A model generated the notes under the pieces. That model did no database searches and was not told the origin of the DNA. It saw only the letters and a program-made list of their open reading frames with translations. This document shows, piece after piece, positions 46,464 through 57,040 of a stretch of 64,000 nucleotides of DNA. The position numbers and the translations under genes are program-made. Source of the DNA: Candidatus Daviesbacteria bacterium (lineage in GTDB: Bacteria > Patescibacteriota > Microgenomatia > Daviesbacterales > UBA10151); NCBI GenBank assembly GCA_016176465.1, contig JACOXD010000008.1, forward strand, positions 7,680-71,679, given 5' to 3'. Position 1 is the stretch's first letter, and each line of letters begins with the position of its first letter.

Positions 46464-49394
46464 ATGTTTAAGCCAGTTTCCTCTACTGTTGATTTTCCAG
46501 ATCTTGAGCGAGAGTGGCTAAAGATATGGTATAAGCAAAGCTTGCCTTCTGGCGAAGGTAAAGAGGGGATTGTGGAGAAATATTTACACAGGAATGATAA
46601 ATCTGATGAGCAAAGCTCCTCTTTTATGCAGAGTAAAAAATTCTCCTTTTTGGATGGACCAATTACTGCTAATGGTCCTATGGGAGTTCATCATGGATGG
46701 GGAAGGACTTATAAAGATTTATGGCAAAGATTCTATAACATGAGGGGTTTTAGACAAAGATTTCAAAATGGATTTGATGAACAAGGTTTGTGGGTCGAAG
46801 TAGAAGTAGAGAAAGAGCTAGGCTTAAAAAGTAAAAAAGATATTTTAAATCTAGTTCCTGGAGATGAAGTAGCTTCTTTAGAAAAATTTGTTAATTTATG
46901 CAAAGAAAGAGTAAAAAAATACTCGGGTATTCAGACCGAACAATCCAAACGCTTAGGTTATTTCATGGATTGGGATAACTCTTATCACACTTCATCAGAT
47001 GAAAATAACTATGCAATCTGGAATTTTTTAAAGGTTGTTAATGAGAAAGGTTGGTTATATAAGGGTCATGACAGCGTCCCTTGGTGTCCCCGCTGTGGAA
47101 CCGCAATTTCCCAGCATGAAATATTAACTGAAGATTATAAAGAGTTAGAACATGAATCTGTCTACTTAAAGCTACCTATTGTAGGCAAAGATAGTGAATA
47201 TTTAGTGGTTTGGACCACCACTCCTTGGACAATTCCGGCTAATGTGGCTGTGGCCGTTGATCCAGAAAAAACCTACCTGAAAATTAAATTGAATAATGAA
47301 TATATTTATCTAGTTGAAGCAAGAGCTAAAGCCATGGGCTATGAAAAAGGAGAAAAAGTATTAGGAAGCCAGTTAATTGGACTAAACTATGAAGCCCCTT
47401 TTGATGATTTAGACAGAGTTAAGAAAGCTCTGGGTGATTATAGACATCGCGTTTTTGAGACAGATCCACTAATTTTACCTATCAGTGAAGAAGAAGGCAC
47501 AGGTCTGGTTCATGTTGCTACAGGAGCTGGGACGGAAGACTTTAAGATAGGCAAAAAATTAGGTTTTCCAGTAATAGAAGCAATAGATGAATCTGCTTTC
47601 TATTTAGATGGAATGGGAAAATTTAGTGCACAGAATGCTAAATTACAGCCTGAGTTAATAATTAATTTCTTAAGAGAAAAAGATGGAGGTAAATTTTTAC
47701 TCAAAACAGAAGTTATTAAACATCGTTACCCCCGTTGTTGGAGATGTAAGACTGAACTGGTTTGGAGAGTAGTAGATGAATGGTATATAGGCATGGATAT
47801 AGAAGATAAGTCAAAAGTCAAAAGTCAAAAATCAAAAGGGAAAACTTATCGAGAAATGATGATAGAGATCGCAAAGAAAATAAACTGGATGCCCAGCTGG
47901 GGAATAGATCGGGAGCTTGACTGGCTTAAAAATATGCATGATTGGTTAATTTCTAAAAAAAGATTTTGGGGACTGACTCTTCCAATTTGGGAATGTAAAA
48001 ATTGTGGAAATTTTGAAGTAATTGGGGGCAAAGAAGAATTAAAAGAAAAAGCAATAACGGGTTGGGAAAGATTTGAAGGGCATTCTCCCCACCGTCCTTG
48101 GATTGATCAGGTGAAAATTAAATGTTTGAAGTGTAATGAACTGACATCCAGAGTTCCTGATGTTGGTAATCCCTGGTTGGATGCTGGCATTGTTCCATTT
48201 TCAACTATGCCTCCCGAGTGGTTCCCGGCTGATTTTGTAACAGAGGGATTCCCGGGACAGTTTAAAAATTGGTTTTATTCTTTAATTGCTATGAGTACTG
48301 CTTTGAAAAATACTAATCCTTTTGAAAATTTGCTCGGGTTTGCAAATGTAGTGGATGAGAAAGGGGAAGAGATGCATAAATCAAAGGGAAACGCCATTGA
48401 GTTTAATGAAGCGGCCGATAAAGCAGGGGTAGATGTAATGCGCTGGTTATATGTAACTGCCAACCCAGAAGAAAATCTGAAATTTGGTTATAACGTAATT
48501 GATGAAATTAGGAGAAGATTTTATTTAATACTTTGGAATGTCTATAAGTTTTTTGTAGATAAAGCCAACTTAGTCAATTGGAGCTGTGAAATTAAAAGAG
48601 GGGAATTAAAAGTTTTAGATAAATGGATTCTTGCAAGGTTAACAGAAGTAGTTATAAAGGTAAATCAATCATTAGAAAAATATGACTCTTCCAGCGCCTC
48701 AAGAACAATAGAGGAATATGTAATAAATGATTTATCCACTTGGTATGTTAGAAGGATAAGGGATAGAGTTGGTCCAAATGCAAGTGAGGAAGATAGAAAT
48801 ACTGTTTTATCCATTCTTTATGGAAATCTAGTCATATTATCAAAACTATTAGCTCCTTTCATGCCTTTTATTAGTGAGGAAATCTTTAAAAATTTAGTTG
48901 ATGAAGAGTCAGTTCATTTAAGTAATTACCCACAGGGAGATAAAAGTTTGCTCAACGATCAATTAATTGCTGAGATGAAAAATGTTAGGTTGATTGTTGA
49001 ACTGGGGCACGCCAAGAGAAAAGAAGCAAACATCAAGCTGCGCCAACCTTTGGCGAAAACAGCGTATACTGCAAATATTCCATTTGATAAAGAGCTGGAG
49101 CAAATTATCGCTGATGAATTAAATGTTAAAGAAGTTGAATACATTAAATCCTCATCTGGCATTTACAAACTAGATTTGGATACAAATATTACTCCAGAGC
49201 TAAAAAAAGAAGGGGAGGCTAGAGAACTCATCAGATCTATACAGCAGTTGCGCAAAGAAGGCAACCTTACATTGGCAGATAAGATTAAAGTACATTCTCC
49301 GGATTGGCCAAAGGAATTTGAAGAGCTTATTTTAAAATCCACTGCTGCAGAAAAAATTGAAAAATCAGATTCTTTAAGAATAGAAAAAATTTAA
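46464..49394 (+). CDS. ileS: Isoleucine--tRNA ligase
   Basis: It is a 976-aa class I aaRS with the HIGH-region PITANGPMGVHHGWG, the KMSKS-like MHKSKGN, and the IleRS-type segment ISKKRFWGLTLPIWEC. Confidence 0.85.
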   Translation: MFKPVSSTVDFPDLEREWLKIWYKQSLPSGEGKEGIVEKYLHRNDKSDEQSSSFMQSKKFSFLDGPITANGPMGVHHGWGRTYKDLWQRFYNMRGFRQRFQNGFDEQGLWVEVEVEKELGLKSKKDILNLVPGDEVASLEKFVNLCKERVKKYSGIQTEQSKRLGYFMDWDNSYHTSSDENNYAIWNFLKVVNEKGWLYKGHDSVPWCPRCGTAISQHEILTEDYKELEHESVYLKLPIVGKDSEYLVVWTTTPWTIPANVAVAVDPEKTYLKIKLNNEYIYLVEARAKAMGYEKGEKVLGSQLIGLNYEAPFDDLDRVKKALGDYRHRVFETDPLILPISEEEGTGLVHVATGAGTEDFKIGKKLGFPVIEAIDESAFYLDGMGKFSAQNAKLQPELIINFLREKDGGKFLLKTEVIKHRYPRCWRCKTELVWRVVDEWYIGMDIEDKSKVKSQKSKGKTYREMMIEIAKKINWMPSWGIDRELDWLKNMHDWLISKKRFWGLTLPIWECKNCGNFEVIGGKEELKEKAITGWERFEGHSPHRPWIDQVKIKCLKCNELTSRVPDVGNPWLDAGIVPFSTMPPEWFPADFVTEGFPGQFKNWFYSLIAMSTALKNTNPFENLLGFANVVDEKGEEMHKSKGNAIEFNEAADKAGVDVMRWLYVTANPEENLKFGYNVIDEIRRRFYLILWNVYKFFVDKANLVNWSCEIKRGELKVLDKWILARLTEVVIKVNQSLEKYDSSSASRTIEEYVINDLSTWYVRRIRDRVGPNASEEDRNTVLSILYGNLVILSKLLAPFMPFISEEIFKNLVDEESVHLSNYPQGDKSLLNDQLIAEMKNVRLIVELGHAKRKEANIKLRQPLAKTAYTANIPFDKELEQIIADELNVKEVEYIKSSSGIYKLDLDTNITPELKKEGEARELIRSIQQLRKEGNLTLADKIKVHSPDWPKEFEELILKSTAAEKIEKSDSLRIEKI

Positions 49395-49404
49395 TTTAAG
49401 CTTA

Positions 49405-50448
49405 ATGATAATTCCACTGGTCCTCCTGCTTATTCTTAGCATAGCGGTAATATATACATCTAGTGCGGTTTTAGCTATTCAACAAGGAATTTTTGCTCTG
49501 ATTGGAATCACATCTTATTTTTCGATTCGTTCGCTTGATTATAGATCTTTAAAACCTCTAATTATATATTTTTATGTAGTTGTTTTGGTGTTACTTCTTA
49601 TTACGCTACTTATTGGTATTGAAACCCGAGGTTCAACCAGGTGGATCAGCTTTGGACCAATTAACATGCAACCATCCGAATTTGCTAAAATCTCTTTAAT
49701 ACTCAGTTTAGCTTTATTTTGGTCATCTAATTTCCCAACTTGGAAAAATACTTGTAAGAGTCTGCTTATTACATTACCTTTTGCATTAATTGTTTTTATA
49801 CAGCCTGACTTAGGAACGGCTTTAACCATAATTTTTATTTGGTTAGTAACACTTTTTGCTGCAAATATAGATTGGCTAAAAATTGCTGTTATCTCATTGA
49901 TAGGATTTATTATTATTCCCCTAACTTGGATTTTCTTAAGAGATTACCAAAAACAAAGAATTTTAAGTTTTATTTTCCCAGCTCAAGATCCATTGGGAAG
50001 TGGCTATAATGTAATTCAGTCAACCATAGCTGTTGGATCAGGAATGTTTTGGGGTAAAGGAATTGGAGGGGGAACTCAGTCCCATTTACAATTTTTGCCT
50101 GAATTTAGAACTGATTTTATTTTTGCATTTATGGCTGAAGAATTAGGGTTTCTGGGTTCTTTAATTTTATTGGGTTTGTTTGCAGTCATTTTTTTCTTTT
50201 TGTTTAGAATGTTACAAAAATCCAAAGATAGATTTGGAGAACTAATTATTGTAGGAGTTTTAGGAATGATTCTTTTTCAATTTCTAATCAATATAGGTAT
50301 GAACATTGGGATTTTACCAATTACAGGGATCACCTTACCTTTGCTTTCCTATGGCGGAAGTTCGATTCTTACAACTATGATTGCATTAGGTTTGGTATCA
50401 TCGGTTGGAAAATTCGGAACCAAAAGTAAATCTTTTGATATGGATTGA
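49405..50448 (+). CDS. rodA: SEDS-family protein RodA/FtsW paralog
   Basis: It has the motif ILPITGITLPLLSYGGSSIL. It is the second SEDS gene in the window. Confidence 0.7.
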   Translation: MIIPLVLLLILSIAVIYTSSAVLAIQQGIFALIGITSYFSIRSLDYRSLKPLIIYFYVVVLVLLLITLLIGIETRGSTRWISFGPINMQPSEFAKISLILSLALFWSSNFPTWKNTCKSLLITLPFALIVFIQPDLGTALTIIFIWLVTLFAANIDWLKIAVISLIGFIIIPLTWIFLRDYQKQRILSFIFPAQDPLGSGYNVIQSTIAVGSGMFWGKGIGGGTQSHLQFLPEFRTDFIFAFMAEELGFLGSLILLGLFAVIFFFLFRMLQKSKDRFGELIIVGVLGMILFQFLINIGMNIGILPITGITLPLLSYGGSSILTTMIALGLVSSVGKFGTKSKSFDMD

Positions 50449-50532
50449 TACATTCGACATCGCTCAGTATCAACCTTGAGCGCTGCTCAAATAGGTTGAC
50501 ACTCTAATCTCAAGAAGTTAAAATTACTAGCT

Positions 50533-50862
50533 ATGTTAAATTATGCAGTTGTAGAAATATCAGGTAAACAATATTTAGTTAAGGAAAATCAAGTTCTAAG
50601 GGTTAACTTTTTAGGCAATGTTGAAAAATTTATTTGTGATAAAGTTTTGGCTAAATCAATAGATGGTGAATTGAAGTTAGGAAGTCCTTACTTAAAAGAT
50701 TCTATCGAATTTGAGGTTTTAGGGACAAATAAAGAGAAAATTCGAGTAGCTACTTACAAAGCTAAGTCAAATACCAGAAGGGTTAAAGGAGCAAAAGTTT
50801 TATCTTCCAAAATAGGGATAAAAATAGAGAAAAAGGCCAAAAACAAAGAAAACTCTAACTAA
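50533..50862 (+). CDS. rplU: 50S ribosomal protein L21
   Basis: MLNYAVVEISGKQYLVKENQVLRV is the L21 N-terminus. Confidence 0.85.
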   Translation: MLNYAVVEISGKQYLVKENQVLRVNFLGNVEKFICDKVLAKSIDGELKLGSPYLKDSIEFEVLGTNKEKIRVATYKAKSNTRRVKGAKVLSSKIGIKIEKKAKNKENSN

Positions 50863-50926
50863 AAAAACCGTGAAAATATAAACAAATTTTGTCCTACTTT
50901 GAGCTAGAATGAGTAGGAGTGTAGTG

Positions 50927-50955
50927 TTGACATTATTTTTCACAAAGGGTAATAT
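50927..50955 (+). promoter_or_regulatory. Consensus sigma70-type promoter TTGACA-17-TAATAT in the rplU-rpmA spacer
   Basis: The -35 TTGACA is at 50927-50932 and the -10 TAATAT at 50950-50955, with exact 17-bp spacing. It is preceded by the hairpin CCTACT...AGTAGG at ~50893-50917. Confidence 0.5.
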
Positions 50956-51077
50956 TTTGAGTTAGGAATTTACAATATTTAGAAAGGATGGATTTATAAA
51001 AAGGTCGTAATCGATAATTTGGCAGTAAAGAATTAATTGAAAACGCCAAGTTATGACCAAATTGATCGAAAAAAATT

Positions 51078-51326
51078 ATGGCACATAAGAAAGCAGGCGC
51101 TACAGCTAAGACAAATAGAGATTCAATCTCCAAGAGATTGGGGATAAAAATTTATGGTGGACAAAAGGTTTTTAAAGGTAATATTATTGTTCGCCAAAAA
51201 GGAAATAAATTTTACGCAGGTGAAAATACTAAAGCAGGAAACGATTACACTATTTTTGCAATGGAGGATGGAGTTGTTAAATTTAAGGACAAATTAGGTA
51301 AAAAAATAGTTAGTGTAACAAATTAA
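51078..51326 (+). CDS. rpmA: 50S ribosomal protein L27
   Basis: MAHKKAGATAKTNRDSISKRLGIKIYGGQ...GNIIVRQKG is L27. Confidence 0.9.
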   Translation: MAHKKAGATAKTNRDSISKRLGIKIYGGQKVFKGNIIVRQKGNKFYAGENTKAGNDYTIFAMEDGVVKFKDKLGKKIVSVTN

Positions 51327-52204
51327 TGGATAATCAGCCGATTTTGGAAGATCGTATATTTGAACTGGAAATAAATCTTTTACAAGCTAATCCTCTTCAA
51401 CCCCGTGGATTAATTACACCTGAATCTTTAGCAGAACTAGCAGAATCGATTAGAGAGCATGGAATTTTAGAGCCTATTGTAGTTGCAAAAACTCCCGCTG
51501 GGTATCAAATTATTGCTGGCGAGAGAAGATGGAGAGCAGCAAGGCTAGTAGGAATGAGCAAAGTTCCTGTTGTTATTAAAGAAACTTCTCCTCAAGGTAT
51601 GTTAGAAATGGCAATTGTTGAAAATGTCCAAAGGATTGACCTTAATCCGCTGGAGCGTGCACAAGCTTATAAAAGATTAATGGATGAATTTAACTTAACC
51701 AATTCAGAGATCGCCCAAAGAGTCGCTAAAAGCCCCTCTTATATTTCCAATACTATCCGATTGTTAACTTTACCGGATGCCCTAAAAGATGCTTTAATGT
51801 CCGGAGCAACAACAGAAGGTCATGCCAGAGCACTTTCTGGGCTTGATGATCCTCATTTAATAATTGAAGGCTATAAAGAGGTTTTAAGGAGAAACCTCTC
51901 TGTGCGAGGAGTAGAAGAATTAGTTAGGAGAATGCGCGCTAAACACAATATTATACCCAAAAAGGGAACTGTCCAACAAAATATGAGAATAATAAATGAG
52001 GAAATTGATCGGATTGAAGAAGGTTTAACTCAAGCACTCTCAACGTCAGTAGGTAATGGCAAAACGCCCAGAATTAAATATATTTTAACTGGAACGAATG
52101 CCAGGTTGGAAATCCGTTTAGAGGGAGCGCCTGATATAACAAATGAAACGATAGAAAAAGTTTACCGAGCAATTAGGGAATTTTTTAATACTCCGCAGCC
52201 TTAA
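51326..52204 (+). CDS. parB: ParB/Spo0J-family partition protein (no adjacent parA)
   Basis: The ParB box GERRWRAARLVGMSKVPVVI and an HTH are present. Its start overlaps the rpmA stop by 1 nt. Confidence 0.75.
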   Translation: MDNQPILEDRIFELEINLLQANPLQPRGLITPESLAELAESIREHGILEPIVVAKTPAGYQIIAGERRWRAARLVGMSKVPVVIKETSPQGMLEMAIVENVQRIDLNPLERAQAYKRLMDEFNLTNSEIAQRVAKSPSYISNTIRLLTLPDALKDALMSGATTEGHARALSGLDDPHLIIEGYKEVLRRNLSVRGVEELVRRMRAKHNIIPKKGTVQQNMRIINEEIDRIEEGLTQALSTSVGNGKTPRIKYILTGTNARLEIRLEGAPDITNETIEKVYRAIREFFNTPQP

Positions 52205-52772
52205 TCAACCCCACATAGTTTATCGGCCAATATCTTATCAAAGCTTTTCCTATAATCTCGTCGCGGCCTATAAATCCCCATTGCCTTGAATCAGATGAGG
52301 CAATCCTATTATCCCCGAGTACAAAAAAATGATTCTGCGGAACTATGACCTCTTGGTCTTCAGCTAAAAAAGCTCCTGGTTCGCTGTAAGCATCGCGTCC
52401 TAAATAAGGCTCTCTGATAGCCTCTCCATTGACAAATACCTTACCAGTGCTTAGTTTAACTACATCACCTTCTTTGCCAATAATTCTTTTTATATAATCT
52501 TCATCTGAATTTCCTGGATCTTTAAAAACAATTATTTCCCCTTTTTTTGGTTCACTAAAACGATAACTTATTTTATTGGTGATTATATAGTCACCATCAT
52601 GTAAGGTTTGAAACATTGAACTTCCAGAAACTTTATGAGGTTGAGCTATAAAAAGATAAACCGCTGTACCAATAGCTAAAAAAACCACTAATGTTTGGAT
52701 AAACTCAATAATTTTGGAACGAATTGACTGGTCGGGATGTCCTGAATAATCTTTAAAAGTGATAGGGTCCAT
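52185..52772 (-). CDS. lepB: Signal peptidase I (S26)
   Basis: The Ser box GSSMFQTL, the Lys box YIKRIIG and the motif GDNRIASSDSRQWGFI are present. Confidence 0.85.
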   Translation of the reverse strand: MDPITFKDYSGHPDQSIRSKIIEFIQTLVVFLAIGTAVYLFIAQPHKVSGSSMFQTLHDGDYIITNKISYRFSEPKKGEIIVFKDPGNSDEDYIKRIIGKEGDVVKLSTGKVFVNGEAIREPYLGRDAYSEPGAFLAEDQEVIVPQNHFFVLGDNRIASSDSRQWGFIGRDEIIGKALIRYWPINYVGLIKAAEY

Positions 52773-52834
52773 AATGTTTATTTTAATTTAGTAGACTCAA
52801 AAGGTCTAGTGATAATATAATTATCCATATTTAT

Positions 52835-52906
52835 GGACACTTAGCTCAGCGGTAGAGCGCTTGCATCACACGCAAGAAGTCGTAGGTTCAAATCCTACAG
52901 TGTCCA
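52835..52906 (+). tRNA. tRNA-Val (anticodon CAC)
   Basis: The sequence folds as a cloverleaf: acceptor GGACACT/AGTGTCC, anticodon stem CTTGC/GCAAG with loop ATCACAC, and T-arm GTAGG-TTCAAAT-CCTAC. No CCA is encoded. Confidence 0.8.
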
Positions 52907-52932
52907 CTCATACATTTTGTTAAAATTTACCT

Positions 52933-54189
52933 GTGATCACTAATATTTTAAAAAGTGTTTCTTTTTTATTAATTGCCCAGGTTTTAACCAAAATTATTTC
53001 CTTTTTTTATAGTATTTTTTTGGCCATTAACTTGGGAGTTGAAAATTTTGGACTTTACACTATTGCTCTTTCCTATTTTTCTTTGACTTCGAGTGTGGCC
53101 GATTTTGGAATAAGTCAATATTTAATTAGAGAACTCTCAGTAAATAAGGTAAGGGTAAAAGATTTACTCTTTAATGCTGTCTTTATAAGAGTTGTTTTTG
53201 CTTTAATACTTTTTAGTTTAATTTCTATATCTATGTTAATTTTTGATCCAAATATTTCAAGGAAGACCCTTTCGATTTTAGCAATCTTAGCTATTATTCC
53301 CCAAACAGTCGCACTAGTAATAGACACTATATTTGTAGCATTTAAAAAATTATCCTTTTCTGCTTTTGGACTATTAGTATTAAGTCTTTTGACAACAGGA
53401 ATTGGCACAGTGCTAATTATACTTGGATTTTCAGTTAAGGGAATTATTTTCAGCTTGATCTTGGGCCAAATTGGTTATTTAATATTAAACGTGATCTTTT
53501 TGAAAAAATTAAAGATACACTTTTCCTTTTCGATAAATTTAGGTGAGGTAGCAAATATTATAAGAAACTCACTCCCATATGGATTTTTGATAATTTTAGG
53601 GCTAGTATATTTTAAAAATGATATCTTTCTTTTAGGTTATATTAAGGGTTCGTATGATACGGGTTTATATGGAGCCTCTTATAAGTTCTTAGAAGTCGTA
53701 GTATTTATTCCTTCAGCAATTAACGCTTGGATGTTTCCTTTTTTTTCAAAACTATCTATCAAAAATCCCCAAAAAGTTTATGAGTTTTATATTAAGGCTA
53801 CAATATTTATGCTCGCCCTATCTTTGGTTATTAGCGGTTTTTATCTAACAATACTCCCAATATTGATTAAAGACATATTGCCAAGTTACTTGCCTCAAGT
53901 TAAACAATATATACCGGCAATCGCAACGATAAAAATATTAGCGTTAACAATTCCTTTTTTATTTATGATTTCTCCTCAATCAATAGTTTTACTTTCACAA
54001 AAAAGATTTCTAACTCCCTTAATAAAGATATCAATATTTAATCTATTTTTTAATTTAAGTTTAAATTTGATTTTAATCCCGAGGTATAGTTATTTAGGTG
54101 CTGCTTGGGTGACTTTAATTTCAGACGTTGTTGGTTTTTGCATCTTTTTTGTTTATATTAGAAATAAATTTACCACATCTTCCATATGA
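52933..54189 (+). CDS. Polysaccharide/oligosaccharide flippase (Wzx-like, MOP superfamily)
   Basis: It has a GTG start and about 12 TM helices, with the typical N-terminal KIISFFYSIFLAINLGVENFGLYTIALSY. Confidence 0.55.
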   Translation: MITNILKSVSFLLIAQVLTKIISFFYSIFLAINLGVENFGLYTIALSYFSLTSSVADFGISQYLIRELSVNKVRVKDLLFNAVFIRVVFALILFSLISISMLIFDPNISRKTLSILAILAIIPQTVALVIDTIFVAFKKLSFSAFGLLVLSLLTTGIGTVLIILGFSVKGIIFSLILGQIGYLILNVIFLKKLKIHFSFSINLGEVANIIRNSLPYGFLIILGLVYFKNDIFLLGYIKGSYDTGLYGASYKFLEVVVFIPSAINAWMFPFFSKLSIKNPQKVYEFYIKATIFMLALSLVISGFYLTILPILIKDILPSYLPQVKQYIPAIATIKILALTIPFLFMISPQSIVLLSQKRFLTPLIKISIFNLFFNLSLNLILIPRYSYLGAAWVTLISDVVGFCIFFVYIRNKFTTSSI

Positions 54190-54878
54190 ATATTGACGCA
54201 GCTTTAAGGTATTTACCTATAGCGGATGCAATAATGAAAAACAAAATAAAAGAACCAATATTGGAGGTGGGCTCAGGCACCAATGGAATTAGTGATTACT
54301 ACGACGGTTACGTTTATGGAGTAGACAATGATTTTTCTAAAACTAACACCTGTAAAAATCCTAATATTATTCATAAAAAAGGAACGATATTTAAAATTCC
54401 TTTTAAAAAAGAATCTTTTTTAAAAGTAGTTTGTTTGGATACGCTCGAGCATATAAATAAGGAAAATCGCCAAAATGCACTTAATGAGCTACTGCGGGTT
54501 ACTAAAAAAGATGGGACACTATATTTGGGATTTCCCAGTGGCTTTCTAAGCCAACAATTTGAAACGATTATCAATAAATTGTTTAAAATTAGACATAACA
54601 AAAAAGACAATCCTTGGTTATTGGAACATAAGATGTATGGTCTTCCAGGAAGAGAGGAAGTTTCAAATTATTTAAAAGTTTCAAAAGTTTCTAGCTTTAA
54701 AATAGTAAATAATTTAAATATTTTCATATGGTTTTTAATCCATTTATTTTTTACGGTTTTAGATGAAGATAGAAGGATATTAAAAATTACCTCGGTTTTT
54801 AAAAAACCAATATTTTTATTTGGAAAATTTTTAAATATTCCCCCCTTTTATCGTTACATATTTATAATTAAAAAATGA
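54186..54878 (+). CDS. Class I SAM-dependent methyltransferase (paralog of 13809)
   Basis: ILEVGSGTNGISDYY...YGVDNDFS...CLDTLEHI shows the same motif order as the ORF at 13809. Confidence 0.5.
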   Translation: MNIDAALRYLPIADAIMKNKIKEPILEVGSGTNGISDYYDGYVYGVDNDFSKTNTCKNPNIIHKKGTIFKIPFKKESFLKVVCLDTLEHINKENRQNALNELLRVTKKDGTLYLGFPSGFLSQQFETIINKLFKIRHNKKDNPWLLEHKMYGLPGREEVSNYLKVSKVSSFKIVNNLNIFIWFLIHLFFTVLDEDRRILKITSVFKKPIFLFGKFLNIPPFYRYIFIIKK

Positions 54879-55864
54879 CTAAACAAGATGCTTCAGTGAT
54901 TATCCCTAATTGGAACGGTTTAGAATTTATTAAAAATTGCTTGAATTCGCTCAAAACTCAAACCTTTAAAACATTTGAAATAATAGTTGTTGATAATGGG
55001 TCAACAGATGGGTCGGTTGATTTTATCAAAAAAAATTATCCTTATATAATAATTATTGAGCTAAAAAAAAATACAGGGTTTGCTTTTGCAGTTAATCGAG
55101 GAATTGAGAAATCTCGGGGAGAGTATGTTATTTTGCTAAATAATGATACTGAAGTTGACAAATTTTGTATTGGAAAGTTAGTTGAAATTGCAAAAAAGTA
55201 TCCCCAGGTAAGTTTTATCGCTGCCAAAATTTTAAATTACTACAAGAGAAATATTTTGGATTCAACAGGAGATTATATTGATGAAGTAGGACATGCTGAT
55301 AATATTGGGAGGGGAGAAAAGGATAGTAAAAAATACTCAATTGCTGGCCCTATTTTTTTGGCCACCGCTGGGGGGTGTTTGATAAAAAAAGAGGCTTTCA
55401 AAAAAGTGGGTCTACTTGATGAGGATTATTTTATGTATTTTGAAGATGTTGATTGGTGCTTTCGGGCTCAGCTTTTGGGTTTAAAAGGTTGGTATGAGCC
55501 AAAAGCTATAATTTATCATATAAATAAAGCCTCTGCTAACAGGATTAAGCCCTTTGTTGAATATCTTCAATTTAGAAATATGACCATGACAATTTTAAAA
55601 GATTTTCCTAAAGGATTAATCTTACAAAGAATGAATTGGTTAAGAATTTTTTGGGTAAATATCAACACTGTTAGATATTTCGCAACTCAAAGTTATCTAT
55701 GGGAGGCAATAAAAGCTGAATATTACATATTAACTAATTTAAGAAAAATTTTAAAAAAACGATCCATTATTCAAAAAAGTAAAGTTGTTTCTGATAAATA
55801 TATCATCGAAAATATAAGAAGAAGAAAGTTGACTCTTTTTGGAATCTTTAAAAAAGGGATTTAA
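54875..55864 (+). CDS. Glycosyltransferase family 2
   Basis: SVIIPNWNGLEFIKNCLNSLKTQTF...IIVVDNGSTDGS and the DxD-like NNDTEV are present. Confidence 0.75.
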   Translation: MTKQDASVIIPNWNGLEFIKNCLNSLKTQTFKTFEIIVVDNGSTDGSVDFIKKNYPYIIIIELKKNTGFAFAVNRGIEKSRGEYVILLNNDTEVDKFCIGKLVEIAKKYPQVSFIAAKILNYYKRNILDSTGDYIDEVGHADNIGRGEKDSKKYSIAGPIFLATAGGCLIKKEAFKKVGLLDEDYFMYFEDVDWCFRAQLLGLKGWYEPKAIIYHINKASANRIKPFVEYLQFRNMTMTILKDFPKGLILQRMNWLRIFWVNINTVRYFATQSYLWEAIKAEYYILTNLRKILKKRSIIQKSKVVSDKYIIENIRRRKLTLFGIFKKGI

Positions 55865-55866
55865 AA

Positions 55867-57033
55867 ATGAACATAGTATGGTTGCTACTGATGATTACTT
55901 TTTTTGCTAGTTTCTTAGGAGAGTTTGGTCAATTTCCATTTGCTTCTAATTTGTCTATTAGTCTAGCTGATCTTTTCTTATCCATAACTATAATCTTTTT
56001 TTTATTTATGATTTTAAAGCGTAGAAAATATTATGAGGAATTACCAAGATCCTTTATTTTGGTAATAGCTTTTTGGGTGGTAGGAGTATTTTCACTTATT
56101 TTTTCTTTGAATTTAGGGGGAGGATTATACCTGTTAAGATTTATATCGTACAGCTTTGCTTTTTTTATTGGTTATCAATTGGTAAAAACAAAAACTATTG
56201 ATATTATTAGAATTTTTTATTTAGTGATTTTAACCGGATTTATTTTTACTTTGGGAGGTTTTCTACAATTAATTTTCTACCCTGATTTTAAGTACTTGGA
56301 ATACTTAGGATATGATCCGCATAAAAACAGATTAGCTTCAACGTTTTTGGATCCTAATTTTGCCGGCATATATATAGCTATTTCTTTATTTTTGACTTTT
56401 TTCCTCTTTAAACTTAAAAAAAAGATAATCTATCTATTTTTAATCATTTTTTTTTCAGTTGGGATATTCCTTACTTTTTCTCGTTCAGCGTACCTTATGA
56501 CATTCTTAGGGTTAGCGATCTACTCTTTTTTCAAAGAAAAAGTTATATTTTTTTTCTTAATCTTAGTATTACTAATTGGTGCTTTACTAATCCCCAGGGT
56601 TCTTGATAGGCTACAGGGTGCCATAAATTTAGATGAAACCGCAAAGAAAAGAATTCAGTCTTGGGAAAATGGAGTTTTTATTTTTAATAATAATCCTTAC
56701 TTAGGAGTAGGTTTTAATAATTTGAGGTTTAATTTGGAAAAATACAATCTATTTGATAAATATTTAGAAGATGGAGGAAACTCGGGAGCTGGGATTGATT
56801 CAAGTTTTATTTTTGTATTGGCGACAACAGGAATTTTGGGATTTTTTATTTACCTTGGTTTTTGGATAAGCATAATTTTTGTCTTAATAAGGGAAAAAAG
56901 TGAATATTTAATTTTCTTATTTTTAGTCTTGGGATTATTAATTAGCTCTCAATTTATTAATAGTCTTTTTTATCCACCAATTATGCTAACTCTTTACGTA
57001 TTGCTCGGTTCTATTTTGGCAAAAGATGACTAG
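55867..57033 (+). CDS. O-antigen polymerase/ligase-like (Wzy_C) membrane protein
   Basis: It is polytopic, with a large loop containing FSRSAYLMTFLGL and RIQSWENGVFIFNNNPYLGVGFNNL. Confidence 0.5.
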   Translation: MNIVWLLLMITFFASFLGEFGQFPFASNLSISLADLFLSITIIFFLFMILKRRKYYEELPRSFILVIAFWVVGVFSLIFSLNLGGGLYLLRFISYSFAFFIGYQLVKTKTIDIIRIFYLVILTGFIFTLGGFLQLIFYPDFKYLEYLGYDPHKNRLASTFLDPNFAGIYIAISLFLTFFLFKLKKKIIYLFLIIFFSVGIFLTFSRSAYLMTFLGLAIYSFFKEKVIFFFLILVLLIGALLIPRVLDRLQGAINLDETAKKRIQSWENGVFIFNNNPYLGVGFNNLRFNLEKYNLFDKYLEDGGNSGAGIDSSFIFVLATTGILGFFIYLGFWISIIFVLIREKSEYLIFLFLVLGLLISSQFINSLFYPPIMLTLYVLLGSILAKDD

Positions 57034-57040
57034 AAAAGTT

